A DNA stretch of 64,000 nucleotides. Origin: Octopus sinensis. Lineage: Eukaryota. The notes under the pieces were generated by a model that saw only the letters and a list, made by a program, of their open reading frames with translations, was not told where the DNA came from and made no database searches. The stretch's first letter is position 1; each line of letters begins with the position of its first letter. The position numbers and the translations under genes were made by a program. Positions 1 through 13,300 of this stretch are shown here, piece after piece. The stretch is taken from positions 67,084,001 to 67,148,000 of the forward strand of contig NC_043007.1 of the NCBI RefSeq assembly GCF_006345805.1, read 5' to 3'.

Positions 1-317
1 GGTGTCATTTACTAGAGGGTCAACTACAAAAGCATGTCCAGGTTTTTTGAAATGTCTTGATATGTTGTATGGTCTTTGTAAACAAAAAGCCTATTCAGAC
101 TGTCATTGTTTCCCTGTTCACCATATATCTATGTACAGGCTATTCATTGTTCATTAGACAAGGGAGTTATTACTTGACTTGGAAACAGGTGAGGGTTGGT
201 GACAGGAAGGACATCTGACTGTAAAGAATCTGCCACAACAAATTCCATCTGAACCATAAAGGCTTGGAAAAATGAACGTTAAAAAAAGTTGATGACTGAT
301 ATATATATATATATATC

Positions 318-1015
318 ATCATCATCATCATCATCATCATTTAGCGTCCGTTTTCCATGCTAGCATGGGTTGGACGGTTCTACTGGGGTCTGTGAAGCCA
401 GAAGGCTTCATCAGGCCCAGTCAAATCTGGCAGTGTTTCTACGGCTGGATGCCCTTCCTAACGCCAACCACTCCGTGAGTGTAGTGGGTGCTTTTTACGT
501 GCCACCCGCACTGGTGCCAGACAGAGCTGGCAAACGGCCACGAACGGATGGTGCTTTTTATGTGCCACCGGCACGAGGGCCAGGCGAGGCTGGCAACGGA
601 CACGAAACGGGGCGGTGCTGGCAACGGTCGCGAAACGGAAAGTTCTCTTACATGCCACCGGCACTGGTAACACATCTGCAATTTCCATTGATCGATTTCC
701 ATTGATCGATTTCGATTCTGATCCTCACTTGCCTCAATGGGTCTTCACAAGCAGAGTTTCGACATGCCACCGGCACTGGTAGCACATCCGCAATTTCCAT
801 TGATCGATTTCGATTCTGATCCTCACTTGCCTCAACACGTCTTCACAAGTAGAGTTTTGTGTCCCAAGAAGGGAAGGTATGCATACGTAGGCTGGCTCCA
901 TCCCATGTAGAAGGCCACGGGTTGTGGACTCACTTGTCCTGCCGGGTCTTCTCGCGCACAGCACACTTCCAGAGGTCTCGGTCTCTAGTCATTTCCTCAG
1001 TGAGACCTAAAGTTC
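318..1015 (-). mobile_element. 3' end of an RTE-type LINE / LINE-tail repeat with (GAT)n tail and an internal ~110-bp tandem duplication
   Basis: Minus strand encodes [24 protein letters not shown]; the same tail recurs many times in the window; segments ~651-760 and ~764-855 are duplicates. Confidence 0.75.
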
Positions 1016-1184
1016 GAAGGTCATTTCATTATTATTATTCTTTTTGCCTATGTGAGTTACAAATATTGTTATATGTGGAATAATATCTGTAGTAAAAAAG
1101 AATGAGCTGTCTTTGGCTACTATTTCTAAATTTTCGGTATGTGGTGAAGCAACTTGTTGCTTAACCCTTAATTATAATTATATT

Positions 1185-1226
<42 letters not shown>

Positions 1227-1296
1227 GTGGTTAGGGAGTTAGCTTCATTGTCATAAGGTTGTGAATAACCCACAACCTTATGATCATGAGGTGCAT

Positions 1297-1610
1297 AGCT
1301 TAGTGGTTAGGGTATTCAGATTATAAACGTAAGGTCATGGGTTCAATTCCCAGTGACGCACTGTGTCTCTGAGCAAGACAATTTCACATTGCTCCAGTTC
1401 ACTCAGCTGGCAAAAATGAGTAGTACCTGTATTTCAAAGGGCCAGACTTGACACACACTGTGTCTCATTGAATCTCCTTGAGAGCTATGTCAAGGCTACA
1501 CATGTTTATGGAATGCTCAGCCACTTGCACATTTAATTTCATGAACAGGCTGTTCCATTGATCGGATCAACTAGAACCCTTGTTGTCGTAACTGATGAAG
1601 TGCCAGTTAT
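1297..1610 (+). mobile_element. tRNA-derived SINE
   Basis: A-box TAGTGGTTAG and B-box GGTTCAATTCC followed by a non-tRNA body. Confidence 0.7.
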
Positions 1611-2194
1611 GATCATGAGGCCAATACTCCAACCACTGGATGGTGTGCCGTGTCCTTCAGCAAAGCACTTCATTTCATGTTGCTCCAGTCTGCTCAGCTA
1701 CAAACGAGCAAAACTAACCAACTGCATATAGGGTAGCTCTCTGCCACTTCAGCCGTCACATTCTCAATATTCTGCTTGAACTAGAGTGGGAGAACCAAGA
1801 AGGTGTTTATATTTGTTTACAGCTATATAGATATCTAAAACAACTAGCAAAAATATAGTACTTGCTACCAAGTCATGCTTGTTTGCAAGTGGTGGCTTAA
1901 TACACCCACACACATATTAGATATCATAAACACCAACATAACATTCCAGAGTATATGCAAGACTAGTGTTCCAGAGTATATGCAGGGCTGACATAGTATG
2001 TACACCAGAATATATAGAGGAGTAACCATACACTGGGATAAACAGAGGGGTAAGACAGTACACTTAAATATAAAGAGGGGCAACATGATACAGAAGGGTA
2101 GCACAGTACACCACAATATAGAAAAAAATACCATTGATACAGAAGTATATTTATATAAGCACATGACAGTTAAAATTGCACAAGCAGCATGTTA

Positions 2195-3349
2195 TCAGGT
2201 CATCCCTTAAATTTCTGTCAGAATTTTGAATAAAGAAGACAACTGTAATATTTAATTGAAATTTCATCATCAATGTACTTTCCTTGATTAATTATGACTT
2301 CCTTCCATCTGTTTACAAGCTTTTTAATCCCATCAATGTAAAACTCTTTTGGTTTCAAAGCGAAGAACTCTGAAATGTCAGTTTCAGCCTCCTCCTGGCT
2401 TGCGAAAGTTATGTCCCCAAAATGATTCTGTAAACTACAAAACAAATGGTAATCTGAAGGAGCAGGGTCGGAAGAATAAGGTGGATGAGGAATTTTTTTC
2501 CCAACCAAGATCTTCAATCTTCTGTGATGTGATCTTTGCAGTGTGGGATCACGCATTGTCCTAATGAAATATCACTCCTTATGGATTCACTAAAGCAGAT
2601 CTTTTTTTCTTCAAAGCTTGATTCAAATACTAATGCTTGAGCACTGATTGCTGCATTAGGTGGTAACAATTCAAAGTGAATTACTCCTTTGGAATCCCAC
2701 CAGATAGAGAAAAGAATCTTTTTTCCCATGAAGTTCCTTTCTCGGTTGTGGTTGAGCTTTTTCCCTTTTACCAAGCCACTGTTTACGACATTTAACATTT
2801 CGATAGAAGATCCATTTTTCATCACCAATCACAAGTCTATCCAAAAATGGTTGTTGAAGATGATGATCAACAGGTGTATGGTTTGAACTAAGCTTTATAG
2901 CCAATTCTTCAACTGACAATGCAGAATTTTCTTCAAATAATACCTCAAGGAGCTTATCAAACTCAACTGGACATCCTGTTCGATCTTCATCTTCAAAGCT
3001 GAAATCTTCACTTCTGAATTTTGCAAACCATCTTCTGCAAGTTCTTTCATTCAAGCATTCTTTCCCATAAACTGAGTGTATGTTTCAAGTCGCTTCAGCT
3101 GCAGAGTTTCCTTATTTGTACTCATAAAGCATTATGTGCCTTAAATGCTCTTTGGATACTTCCATGTTAGAAAGGGTTTTAATCAAAGAAATTTTAATTC
3201 TATTATTCTGTAAAATAATATTTAATTATTTTGAATGTACACAAATGCATAAAAATAATTTTTAATTCCATTAGACATTCTAAAATACTATTAAATTTCA
3301 TTTAATTTTTAAAAATGTAAAATCAGACAGAACTTATGGGATGACCTGA
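2195..3349 (-). mobile_element. Decayed mariner (DD34D-type) DNA transposon with terminal inverted repeats
   Basis: TIRs tcaggtcatccc...gggatgacctga; 5' TA flank. Transposase remnant from ATG 3165 (MEVSKEHLRHIMLYEYK*, GDEKW, HPPYSSDPAPSDYHLF) has stops and frameshifts. Confidence 0.93.
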
Positions 3350-3611
3350 CAGAATACTATGACTAAAGAAAGATTTGTAAGAATAATTTTAAATGAGGAG
3401 AGGGTTACAACAATAAATAAAACAAAAATAAATAGAAGTAAAAATATTAAAAATAAAATGAATAATGAACAGCAAAGAATTGGAGACATATTTTGCAAGA
3501 GTAGGGGATGAGAGGAAGAGATAAAAGAGAGAGAGACAAAGGGAAATGAAAGAGAATGGAAGGAGAAATTTAAGAATATGAATGTGGGAGAAGGTGTGGG
3601 TGTGTGTAGTG

Positions 3612-3975
3612 TGAGAGAGAGTAGATATGGAAGAGAGAGAGAGAGTAGATATGGAAGAGAGAGAGAGAGTAGATATGGAAGAGAGAGAGAGAGAGTAGAT
3701 ATGGAAGAGAGAGAGAGAGAGTAGATATGGAAGAGAGAGAGAGAGAGTAGATATGGAAGAGAGAGAGAGAGTAGATATGGAGAGAGAGAGAGAGAGTAGA
3801 TATGGAAGAGAGAGAGAGAGAGTAGATATGGAAGAGAGAGAGAGTAGATATGGAAGAGAGAGAGAGAGAAGATATGAAAGAGAGAAAGAGAAGATATGAA
3901 AGAGAGAAAGAGAAGATATGAAAGAGAGAGAGAGTAGATATGGAAGAGAGAGAGTAGATATGGAAGAGAGAAGTA
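3612..3975. repeat. Compound minisatellite (GA)n-GTAGATATGGAA
   Basis: About 15 units with variable GA tract length; it generates the spurious 278/280-aa ORFs. Confidence 0.95.
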
Positions 3976-4242
3976 GATGGAAGAGAAAATATGAGGGGAA
4001 GTATAAAGTATGAAGAATATAGAGAAAGTATGAAGAAAGGACAAAAAGAATGAGGAAAAGAGATGGATAAATAAATGAGTGAGTGATATAAAGAGAGAGA
4101 GTGAATGTATGTGAAAGTGAAATAAAAAATAAAAAATAAAAGAAAAAGAAAACAGCAACACTAACAACATCACCACATTGATGCCTTCTATTTCTATAAA
4201 GCAGTGTTGGGCAATGAGGTGGCACAGACGTGGAGGGAACTA

Positions 4243-4375
4243 TTACACTGACTGACCTGTTGCAGATGTGTCTGGAAAGACTGGCGCAAAGACATTAGCA
4301 GCAAAGTCCTCAAACATGGTCAGTTCTATGTGTTTCTGGATGATGTTGCCCAGGCACTTAGCACGTTCTTCATAG
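4243..4375 (-). CDS. RALGAPA: RALGAPA last traced exon: [15 protein letters not shown]...[11 protein letters not shown]...QSV*
   Basis: Conserved YEERA and FEDFAA motifs; stop TAA at 4245-4243. An internal GTCAGT donor would end the exon at 4257 instead. Confidence 0.92.
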
Positions 4376-7300
4376 CTGAGGAAAAAAGGCAGTCAAGGGA
4401 AAACTCAGAGGAAATCTTTATATATAAAAGTCAAGTTGTGTGTCTGTCTCCTACGATTTAGATTCCTAACTACTCCCACATTTTGCAGTGCAGTTAAACC
4501 AAAAGCGGGTATCTTATAGTCGTGATTCATATCGAGCCCTTCTGGGTATTAGCGTGCGTCTACGATGAGTCTACAATGAAAAATTTACCATAATTTTTCC
4601 GCATTTTTAATGCATTTTCGCTCGGTTTATATAAGGGAAGTAACTCTCTATAAATGCTTATATAGTTATTTCCCTTACAAACCCAATCAACGCTGGGCGA
4701 TATTGCTAGTGATGAATAAAAAACAATAATTAATAATGATGATTTTTAACATAGCCACAAGGCCATACATTTTGCAGGGATAGTTTACACTATTGTAGCG
4801 GCACAAGCAGCCAGCGCGATATTGGATGAGATCTCACGGCAGCCGTTGCCATCTCCGAGTCTGGAGCGAGACCTCACCTGCATCCATTTGCCATGCGCGA
4901 GATCACAACGAGGCTTGCGATGGAAACTATATAAAGGGAAAACCCTCTTCAAATCTCTTTTTGGCGCCACTACACAGCAGCGCTTGCTGAACATACCACT
5001 GGCTGGAGGCAATTTGCACCCGCACTATTGGAGCTTAAGGTGGTAGCTGAGAGCAGCACACTTCACCTTTCCTGTAAATAAACCAGTTGTAAATAGCAGT
5101 TGTACTTGAAGTCTTTTCTCTTCACCTGCCAGATGCCTGAACTACACGAAGAACAAAAAGATGATGGAAGAAGATGATATTCCTCCAATATCATAAACCT
5201 TGCCTTCCATTATTAAACTATTATATCTATCTCGACACTTGACGGTACTCTGAGGAACAAATGGCAAAACTAACTATTATTATAATGAATCTCACATTGA
5301 CTTAAAGCTATCTGTTTTGTACAGTTGATTGGTTCAATCACAAAATATCGCTGAACTACAGTATTTACATTTGAGGGATATTTGTCCTCATCTTGTTTGT
5401 TGTTAACATAACATTTCGGCTGATATACCCTCCAGCCTTCATCAGGTATCTTGGGGAAATTTTGAACCTGGGTTCTCATTCCTAAGGTATTTTTCGATGT
5501 TGCCATTGTTGTTGTTGTTATTATTATTATTAATAATAATAACATTATTATTCAGGTCACTGCCTGGTATTGAACTTGGAATCTTGGGGTTAGTAGCAAG
5601 CGCTCTTAACCACTATGCCATATGCCCGTGGTATAGTGGTTGAGCGCAGGCTACTAACTCCAAGATTCCGAGTTCAATACCAGGCAGTGACCTGAATAAT
5701 AATAATAATAAAAATAATAATATCAAACAACAAGATCATTTTGGTAAGAATGTTGTTCTCTTCTTGGTCCTCTAGTAAAAATGAACACCTTGACATGGTT
5801 ACTAACTCTGAGAGTGCCAAACACAAACCCTGTATGTTCTTAAGAAGAAAAAGATGACCAAATCAATAAGGTAGTAGAAAGCCAATAAAAACATTGGAAG
5901 TTCATATCCTATCATTAATAGTCTATTTGATGACGTGAACAGTCTATTTAATCAAGAGATTTGATTTGCAAGTGGCTTTCACTGACAAGTTGGAAATAAG
6001 AACTACACTATGTGGGAGCAGAGAGAGGAAGACATTCTCTTCATCTTTTACATTTGAAAATGGATAAAAACAGCATTTCAACACAGCTAATAAAAAGATA
6101 CTGGGAATGGTAGAGGGGCATCAGAGCCCGCTTTGTTCTGCTCGCATTGATGGCTGTGGCTCGGACTAGACAAGGGAGGACTTTGGAATTGACTATTGCA
6201 CCATCAAACAATGGGCCAAAATGAATCTGAAATTAAAAAGAAAACAACATTAATAATATTACTACCACTAATAATTTCCTTGCATTAACACTAATAATAA
6301 TAATAATAATCCCTTCTACTATAGGCACAAGGCCAGGAATTTGTGGGGAGGGATACAGTCAATCACATCAACCCCAGTACTTGACTGGTACTTAATTTAT
6401 TAACTCTGAAAGGAAGAAAGGCAAAGTTGACCTTGGTGGAATTTGAACTCAGAACATAGCGACAGGCAAAATATCGTTAAGCATGTCATCCAGTGTGCTA
6501 ACAATTCTGCCAGCTCACCACCTTCTTAATAACAATAATAATAATGATGATTTTGTTTTCCACAAGTATATAAAAACACAAAAACACTAACAGTAGGGGG
6601 CTACAAAAAAAATTTTAAAAAACATCTGCATGCAATTAGACTCAGAAAGTTTGTGAGGAACCCATCAACCCAATTTGCTGACTTTTCCAATGGCATGCAG
6701 GTGTCACTAAATGGTTGAATGACCAAATCCAAGCTTCTCTGATAGTTCAACAGTTACAATAAGATTTTGTTCAACCAGGGTTTGCAGGATGTCCTCATCA
6801 AGCTCTACAGATCTTCCAGGACGAGGCTCGTCTTCTAGGCTGTAGTTTCCAGCTCAGAATTTCTGGAACCCCCACTGACACAGGCTTATGTTTATTGTCC
6901 AATCCCCATATACTGCATTAATATTCCTTGCGCTTTTCATTGTGTTCCTGCCTTTATTGAACTCATAAAACAAAACGTGCCGAATATGCTCCTTTGTCAC
7001 TTCCATTATAGCTTTGAAAAAATAACTTAAAATCGAACTGCACTCTTCAAAACTTGCACTAAAAATAAGTTCACACTAAAATTACTACCTGCTTTTATAG
7101 CAAGATGATGCAGGTAGTTTATCCTGATCCCTCCAACTTTTAGTTAATGCAATTGATAAAAAAAACCACATTATTTATGGGATGACCCAATATATCTGTA
7201 TGTCTATATGTCAGTATTAGTCCCCACCTCACAGCTTGACAACCAGTGTTGGTGTGCTTATGTCCCTGTAACTTAGCAGTTCAGCAAATGAGACCGATAG

Positions 7301-10300
7301 AATAAGAACTAGGCTTTGATAAAAAAAAAAGCCCTGCAGTTGATTTGTTCGGCTAAAATCCTTCAAGGCAGTGCTCCAGCATGGCCACAGTCAAATGACT
7401 AAAACAAATAAGAGAATAAAAGAACACTTGACTAGACAATACAAGCCTCTGTAGCAAAAGATCAGCTCTGATGGTTCATGGAATGAGATTTCTTCAAGAA
7501 ATCAGGACCCTACCTCATTTATGGTACACAAACCTATCTTACATTCCTAAATTTTATTGAAAGCAAAGCATAATTAGTTCCTTTGGACTCTAATTGTTAT
7601 TTTCTTTTTTTTTTTATAATGAACAATAAAAAATACAAGAACATTCTTTTAAAATTATACAATAAAAAACAAGAAAATATATTTTAAAAATGTTCCTTAC
7701 ATCAGGTTTCTTGTTAATGTGAATCCTAAAAAGTCCATTTGGAAGTGGGTAAATAATGATGAGAATATCCCCAAATTCTGTCGGAATAATGTTCCTGCGA
7801 TAGTCTCGACTATGTTCTGACCACACTATATGGACCTCATCATTCCCAAGATGCCTCATCTGTAACAACAATTTGGTCAAAATTAGCAAATAAAGGAGTA
7901 AAGTACAAAGTAATAAAAAAAACAGTGGCTACAGGATTGTGTTCATAACCTGTAACATGCACAAAAACAGAATGCCAAAATATGAATACAAAACAGTTGT
8001 GAACACAAAATCTACTCCTGGAAAGGAATAACATATGTAAACTAAGTGGTTAATGAACTTAAATCAGTGAATGTATGAAATATCTCAACTAGGAGGTAAG
8101 TCATGTGATCACATGGCCGACCAGGCTATATTGTTAAACATCACTGGTCACAATGCGCTTTTGCATTGTTTTAGGTTTCAAATAAAGCCACCCTACTGGC
8201 TAGGTGAGCAGGTCAACAAGATTGAAAAGGGAACAGGAACAATGTGAATTGAAGTGTTTGGCTCAAAAATACATGCTGCCCAGTCAGGGAATTGAACCCA
8301 CAATCTAGCGATCGTGAGTGCAACAGCCTGACCACTAGGCTACATACATTCACAGGAAGTAGGGAAGCAAAAAGATACTTTCATACAGGAATCCAAAATA
8401 TTTAGCCTTTTAGCATTCAAACCAGCCATATCCAGCCAAAATATTTAACCAGTTTTATGTTGAAAAACTGGCCAGATCTTGCCTCTCACCTCAACCCTAC
8501 AATGTCCTTCTAAAACTAAACAATCACATCACTGAAATTTCTAATTTACAAGATAATTCAAACCAATATAAATAAATATTACATCTGACAGAGTAATCTA
8601 AATACTAAAGGGTTAGAAGACACATGAAGCCAAGTGAAATAAATCACAGTTGTGGCCAATGTTTGTGTAACGTAACTGGCACCCATGCCGGTGACATGTG
8701 AAAAGCACTCTTCAAACATTAGGCTGGCCTCATAGATGCAATAACAAGTGACTGAGACCTTTGGTGATATGCCATGCTTAACCCTTTCGTTACTATATTT
8801 CTGACCAAAATACACCCCTTATGTGTTTCAATTAATTTCTAACGTAATCATAAATTTAGTCTGGTTTCATTAAACAACTATAACTTTTTTATTTATCAAT
8901 CTATTAATCTGATTTTTGGAAGATAATTTAATGAAATATTCTCAACCAATTCTATACTATAATTTTTGTCACAAAGTGACTCTAATTGCAGGTAGATACA
9001 GGTAAATTCAACAAAATATAAAATTATTAAAATTTTGTTCAAATATCGCTATAGAAAATGGGTTATTAGCTAATATTCAATTGGGTATATAACAAAATTT
9101 TACGATAGAATTTGTTATTCTGGGTAACTTTCTGATACCCATAATAATATTTATGGCAAAATAGTCTTAATTTCATTTAAGGTTGTGGGAAACCACAAAC
9201 TATCGTTTCTTTCGTTTTGTTTACGTTTAGCGTAACGGTTCGTTTCTGCCGTAATGATTTCAAATAGGCTCATTCGAAAAAGTAAAAAGAAATAGTCTAA
9301 GGCTTTATTCTCCTGGGAAAGTCTGTGGCTTGGTCCAGTTTCTTCAGAAAAATCACCGAAAGAAACAGTTTTTAAATTTTCACTCCATTCAGGTGCCAAT
9401 TCATTTTCTTTATCGCTGTCGGAGCTCTCGGATTCACTGTTTTCACTTTCGGAAAATGAAACATCAGATTCATTATCAAATACCACATGCTTTTTTTTTT
9501 TCAGTCATAGAGTTAGATTTATGAAGGTCTTCAGTAGAAAATCCTTCGAATTCTGACTCGCTGCTTGATATAATGAAATTTGTATCCATTTTTTGTCAGA
9601 ATTACAAATTTTGAAAACACAATAGGAACAAATTTCGGAAAAAAATCTCCCAAAATTCACGGAATTAAAATTACACTTCGATTATTGTACAAAACTGTAG
9701 TTGAACTGTTTACGAAGTATAATACGTGTTTTCACAAATGTACTAAAGAGATTTGCTCTGATATTCTCATTTAAATATGAATAGGTAAATTCGGGCGGCT
9801 TTGGGCAGTTTGGTCACATTAACCAAAATTTTTTTCGGGCGGCTTTGGGCGGTTTGGTAACGAAAGGGTTAAGAAGATCCATCAAGTCAAGTGAAATCAG
9901 ACGTAGCCAATGCTGGTGTTACCTAACTAGCAGTCATGCCAGTGGCATGTAAAAAGCACCCATTACACAGAGAGAGTGAGAGAGTTTGTGCATAAAGGAG
10001 AGCTGTTTTCAAGGTAGAAATTGGCTTGCATTTGTTTTTTGGGTTTTTTTTTAAATCTGAAATAGAGTCTAAAGGAAAACCATGACAATAATCTAACAGA
10101 CTAGAATGTAAGGGTCAAAGAAAATTTGTAAAAGCATTGTTGAAAGGTGAAATGAAACAACTCTAGCTTGAAGACAAACATCAAATATAGTCATTTATGG
10201 ATTAGCTAGGGATGGAATCCCTATGATCATAGGTCTAAACTGATCAGGGCTAAACAAGAATTCAGATACTATTACTTCTGGTGAGACAATTCCAAGATGA

Positions 10301-13300
10301 TAAGTTAGTTATTCAATGAAAAGCAGCTCTTTTACATTTTACAATCCACAGAAGGCCTTTTTCATGTCCCATTCTTACCATAAGCCTGTACTGGCTGAAT
10401 CATAATTGACAAATAAATGAGTTCCTACAACCATTCTCTCTCCACAAAAACAGAACTAAAACCTTTACAGCACAGACAAGAGAAAAGAAAACAAAAATTC
10501 TGTAAAACATACACACCTTGATATGCATAGCTGCATCATTACCAGTTGGCATGCGAGTGGAAACGTGGTAAATAACTTCACATGTTGAATTAGCATAATA
10601 GGGGGCAGTCTCTCCTGTAGTCTTGTTCTGTTGCAATCCTCCAAGAAAACCAACATGTTGTTCAAGATCCACCTGTAACATACACAAAAACAGAACACCA
10701 TATTATCATTATTGTTGTTGTTATCATTATTATTCATAATAATAAGGTGGTGAAGTGGCAGAATCGTAAGCATACTGGGTGAAATGCTTAGCAGTTTTCG
10801 TCTGCCACTACATTCTGAGTTAAAATTCTGCTGAGGCCAACTTTGCCTTTCATCCTTTTGGGGTCAATAAATTAAGTACCAGTGAAACACCAGGGGTCAA
10901 TGTAATTGACTAGTCTGCTCACACCAAATTTCAGATCTTGTGCCTTTAGTAGAAATGATTATTATTATTATCATCATTAAGATGGTGAGCTGACAAAAGC
11001 ATTAGCATGCCAGGCAAAATGCTTAGCAGAATTTCACCCTTGTCACACTGTGTCACACTGAATCTCCCTGAGAACTATGTCAAAGGTACACAGGTCCGTG
11101 GAGTGCTCAGATACTTGCACGTTCATTTCATGATCAAGCTGTTCCATTGATTCTATCAGCTGGGACCCTCAGAGTACTCCTTTTCCTTCCTTATGTCATA
11201 TCTAAATGCAAGTCAAAATATTCAACGTTTTATGTCCAAACTAACCAGATCCAGCTTCTCACACCTATTCTATAAGGTCCTTCTAAAATTAAACAATCAC
11301 ATTATGAAAATCACAAAGCTACAAGATAATCCATGATTAATTCAAAACAATGTGAATAAATAGGCATAACATTTGATAAAATAATCTGAATACTAAAGGA
11401 TTAAACTTCAGCTGCCAAGAGATTTTGTGTGAATAGTAAACTGTAATAGAATCAATGTTGATGGTTTGTAGTTAAGAGCAACTAAAAGATGATGGTGAGA
11501 AAACATTTTGTGATTGATAGTAAGGATGTGATTAAACAAATATTTTAGTATCAGCTATTTAACAGATATGTGAAAGTGGTGTCTGTTCTTTTAACAAAAT
11601 TGTATAACATAAAATAAGATGCTTTGTTCAAGACTCCAATATTCCTTGATATTTTGAGAATTGTTTTTAAAGCAAGAGAATTCAGATGCTGATTATCTTG
11701 TCCTCATGCTAACCACTCAGTAAGATCTTGTAGTTTACTAGAAGTACTATTATTTAACTGTGAACAGCAGAGCAAAAAGAAACAAGATAGTGAAATACCA
11801 AACAAAAAATTGACAAATCTTGTTTTCAATGAAACATGAATGAGAAAATGTATTTGTGACAGAAGAAATCTACAAGTAGTAGTGGTGGTGGTGGTGGTGG
11901 TGGTAGCAACAGCAGTGGTGGTGGTGGTGCAACAGCAGCAGCAGTGGTGGTGGTGAAAGTAAGTGGTTGATGGGAGACCTAAGGGATAGGTGAGATACTT
12001 CAACGAAGCCTTGCAGTTAGTGAATAGAATAATCGTTTAAATGTGATCAAAAACAATTAGAAGACAAGATTTGAAATATAACATAATTATTGCTCCATGA
12101 ACCAACAATTAAATACCACACACACAAAGCCTTTTCACACATTCAACAATGATATTTAGCAAAGATTCAACATGCAATACATCTTCCTCCAAAACATTTG
12201 GCAAGTCATTAAACATATACTTACTTCCCAGCCTAAACCACTAACAAAATCTTCATAAGCTTTGCTTCCTCCACAGTTAGCAAGTATTGAGTGTTTATCT
12301 TCCTGACCTTCAGCGACATATATCACAGCAACTTTGTGGGTGTCACGGCTAGAAAATTTTTAAAATTTATATAAATTATTAACTCACATTTCGTATACTT
12401 TAATAAGAAAGAGATAATGGGATTAAAAGAGATACATATACAATATTATTCGTTACTAAAACAGAAGCATACATTGTAAAGTTCCATACATCATTAATTT
12501 ACCATAATGCCATGAAAGTTACTCCCAAAAAAATTCTCTGTAAATTATTTTTGTTTATTCTCTTCTAAGTGTTTTTTTTTATATCCATAGCCAACCTTTC
12601 AATTCTATATTTTTGAATGATTCTTTAAATCTAAACATTTACATATAACCCCCATCTAAGTGTCTTTGTTTGGTGTCTTTATTTTATAGCTGTAACAGCA
12701 TGGAAAGCTGAGTGAATAGAACAGCAGACATCAGGCTTAGAGGTTAGCAATTTATCTCCCATCACCAGTACATAACTCCCAAATGGACAAGACTGTCTAT
12801 CAGTAAACAGCTACTTCAGGGTGAAATTAACTTGGCCCTATAAACAGTGGCATCACTAAAAGTGTCCTCATTCATTCTTTGATGAAGGAATCAATATTAG
12901 CTTGTGACCATGTTAACTCAAGCACAATGTCAGGTAACTTCACAATCAATCAATAAATAAATATTATACCAAATATTTGTTTTACAATTACTCTATTGAC
13001 ATGGTTACTGAACAAAATATCAAAAGAAAAAGACAAAAAAAGAAAAAGTAAAACAGAACATAAAATGAAAAAAGTCAAGAAGAAAGAATAAAAAAACAGG
13101 CAGAGAGTAAGAAATCACAAAAAAAAAAAGCAATGAAACAAGAATGTAACAAATATATCCTAAAATAGAAACATACCATTTTTGGCTGTCCAAATTTTTC
13201 AGTTCTCGTAACAATTTGTCACTTTTCTTCAATAAATCAAAATGACATCTGCCAAAGGAAAAGAAATTCTTTAAATTAAAAAAGAAAGAAATTTCCCACA

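Larger units (their letters stand above)
4376..6101 (-). other. U12-type (minor spliceosome) GT-AG intron
   Basis: 5' splice site GTATCTTTT; branch-like TTTTCCCTTGAC (4403-4392) with the branch A 17 nt from the 3' AG. Confidence 0.8.

Noticed and set aside
1930-2150. Degenerate ~30-bp tandem repeats (also ~14670-14820) with short ORFs
   Set aside because: Ordinary decayed minisatellites with no further structure.
3334-4225. 278- and 280-aa ORFs
   Set aside because: They are translations of a GA-rich minisatellite and low-complexity sequence (SL repeats), with no protein-like composition.
5629-5695. tRNA gene
   Set aside because: A- and B-boxes are present, but there is no full cloverleaf or acceptor stem; it is a SINE head. 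The same applies at ~1297 and ~8290.
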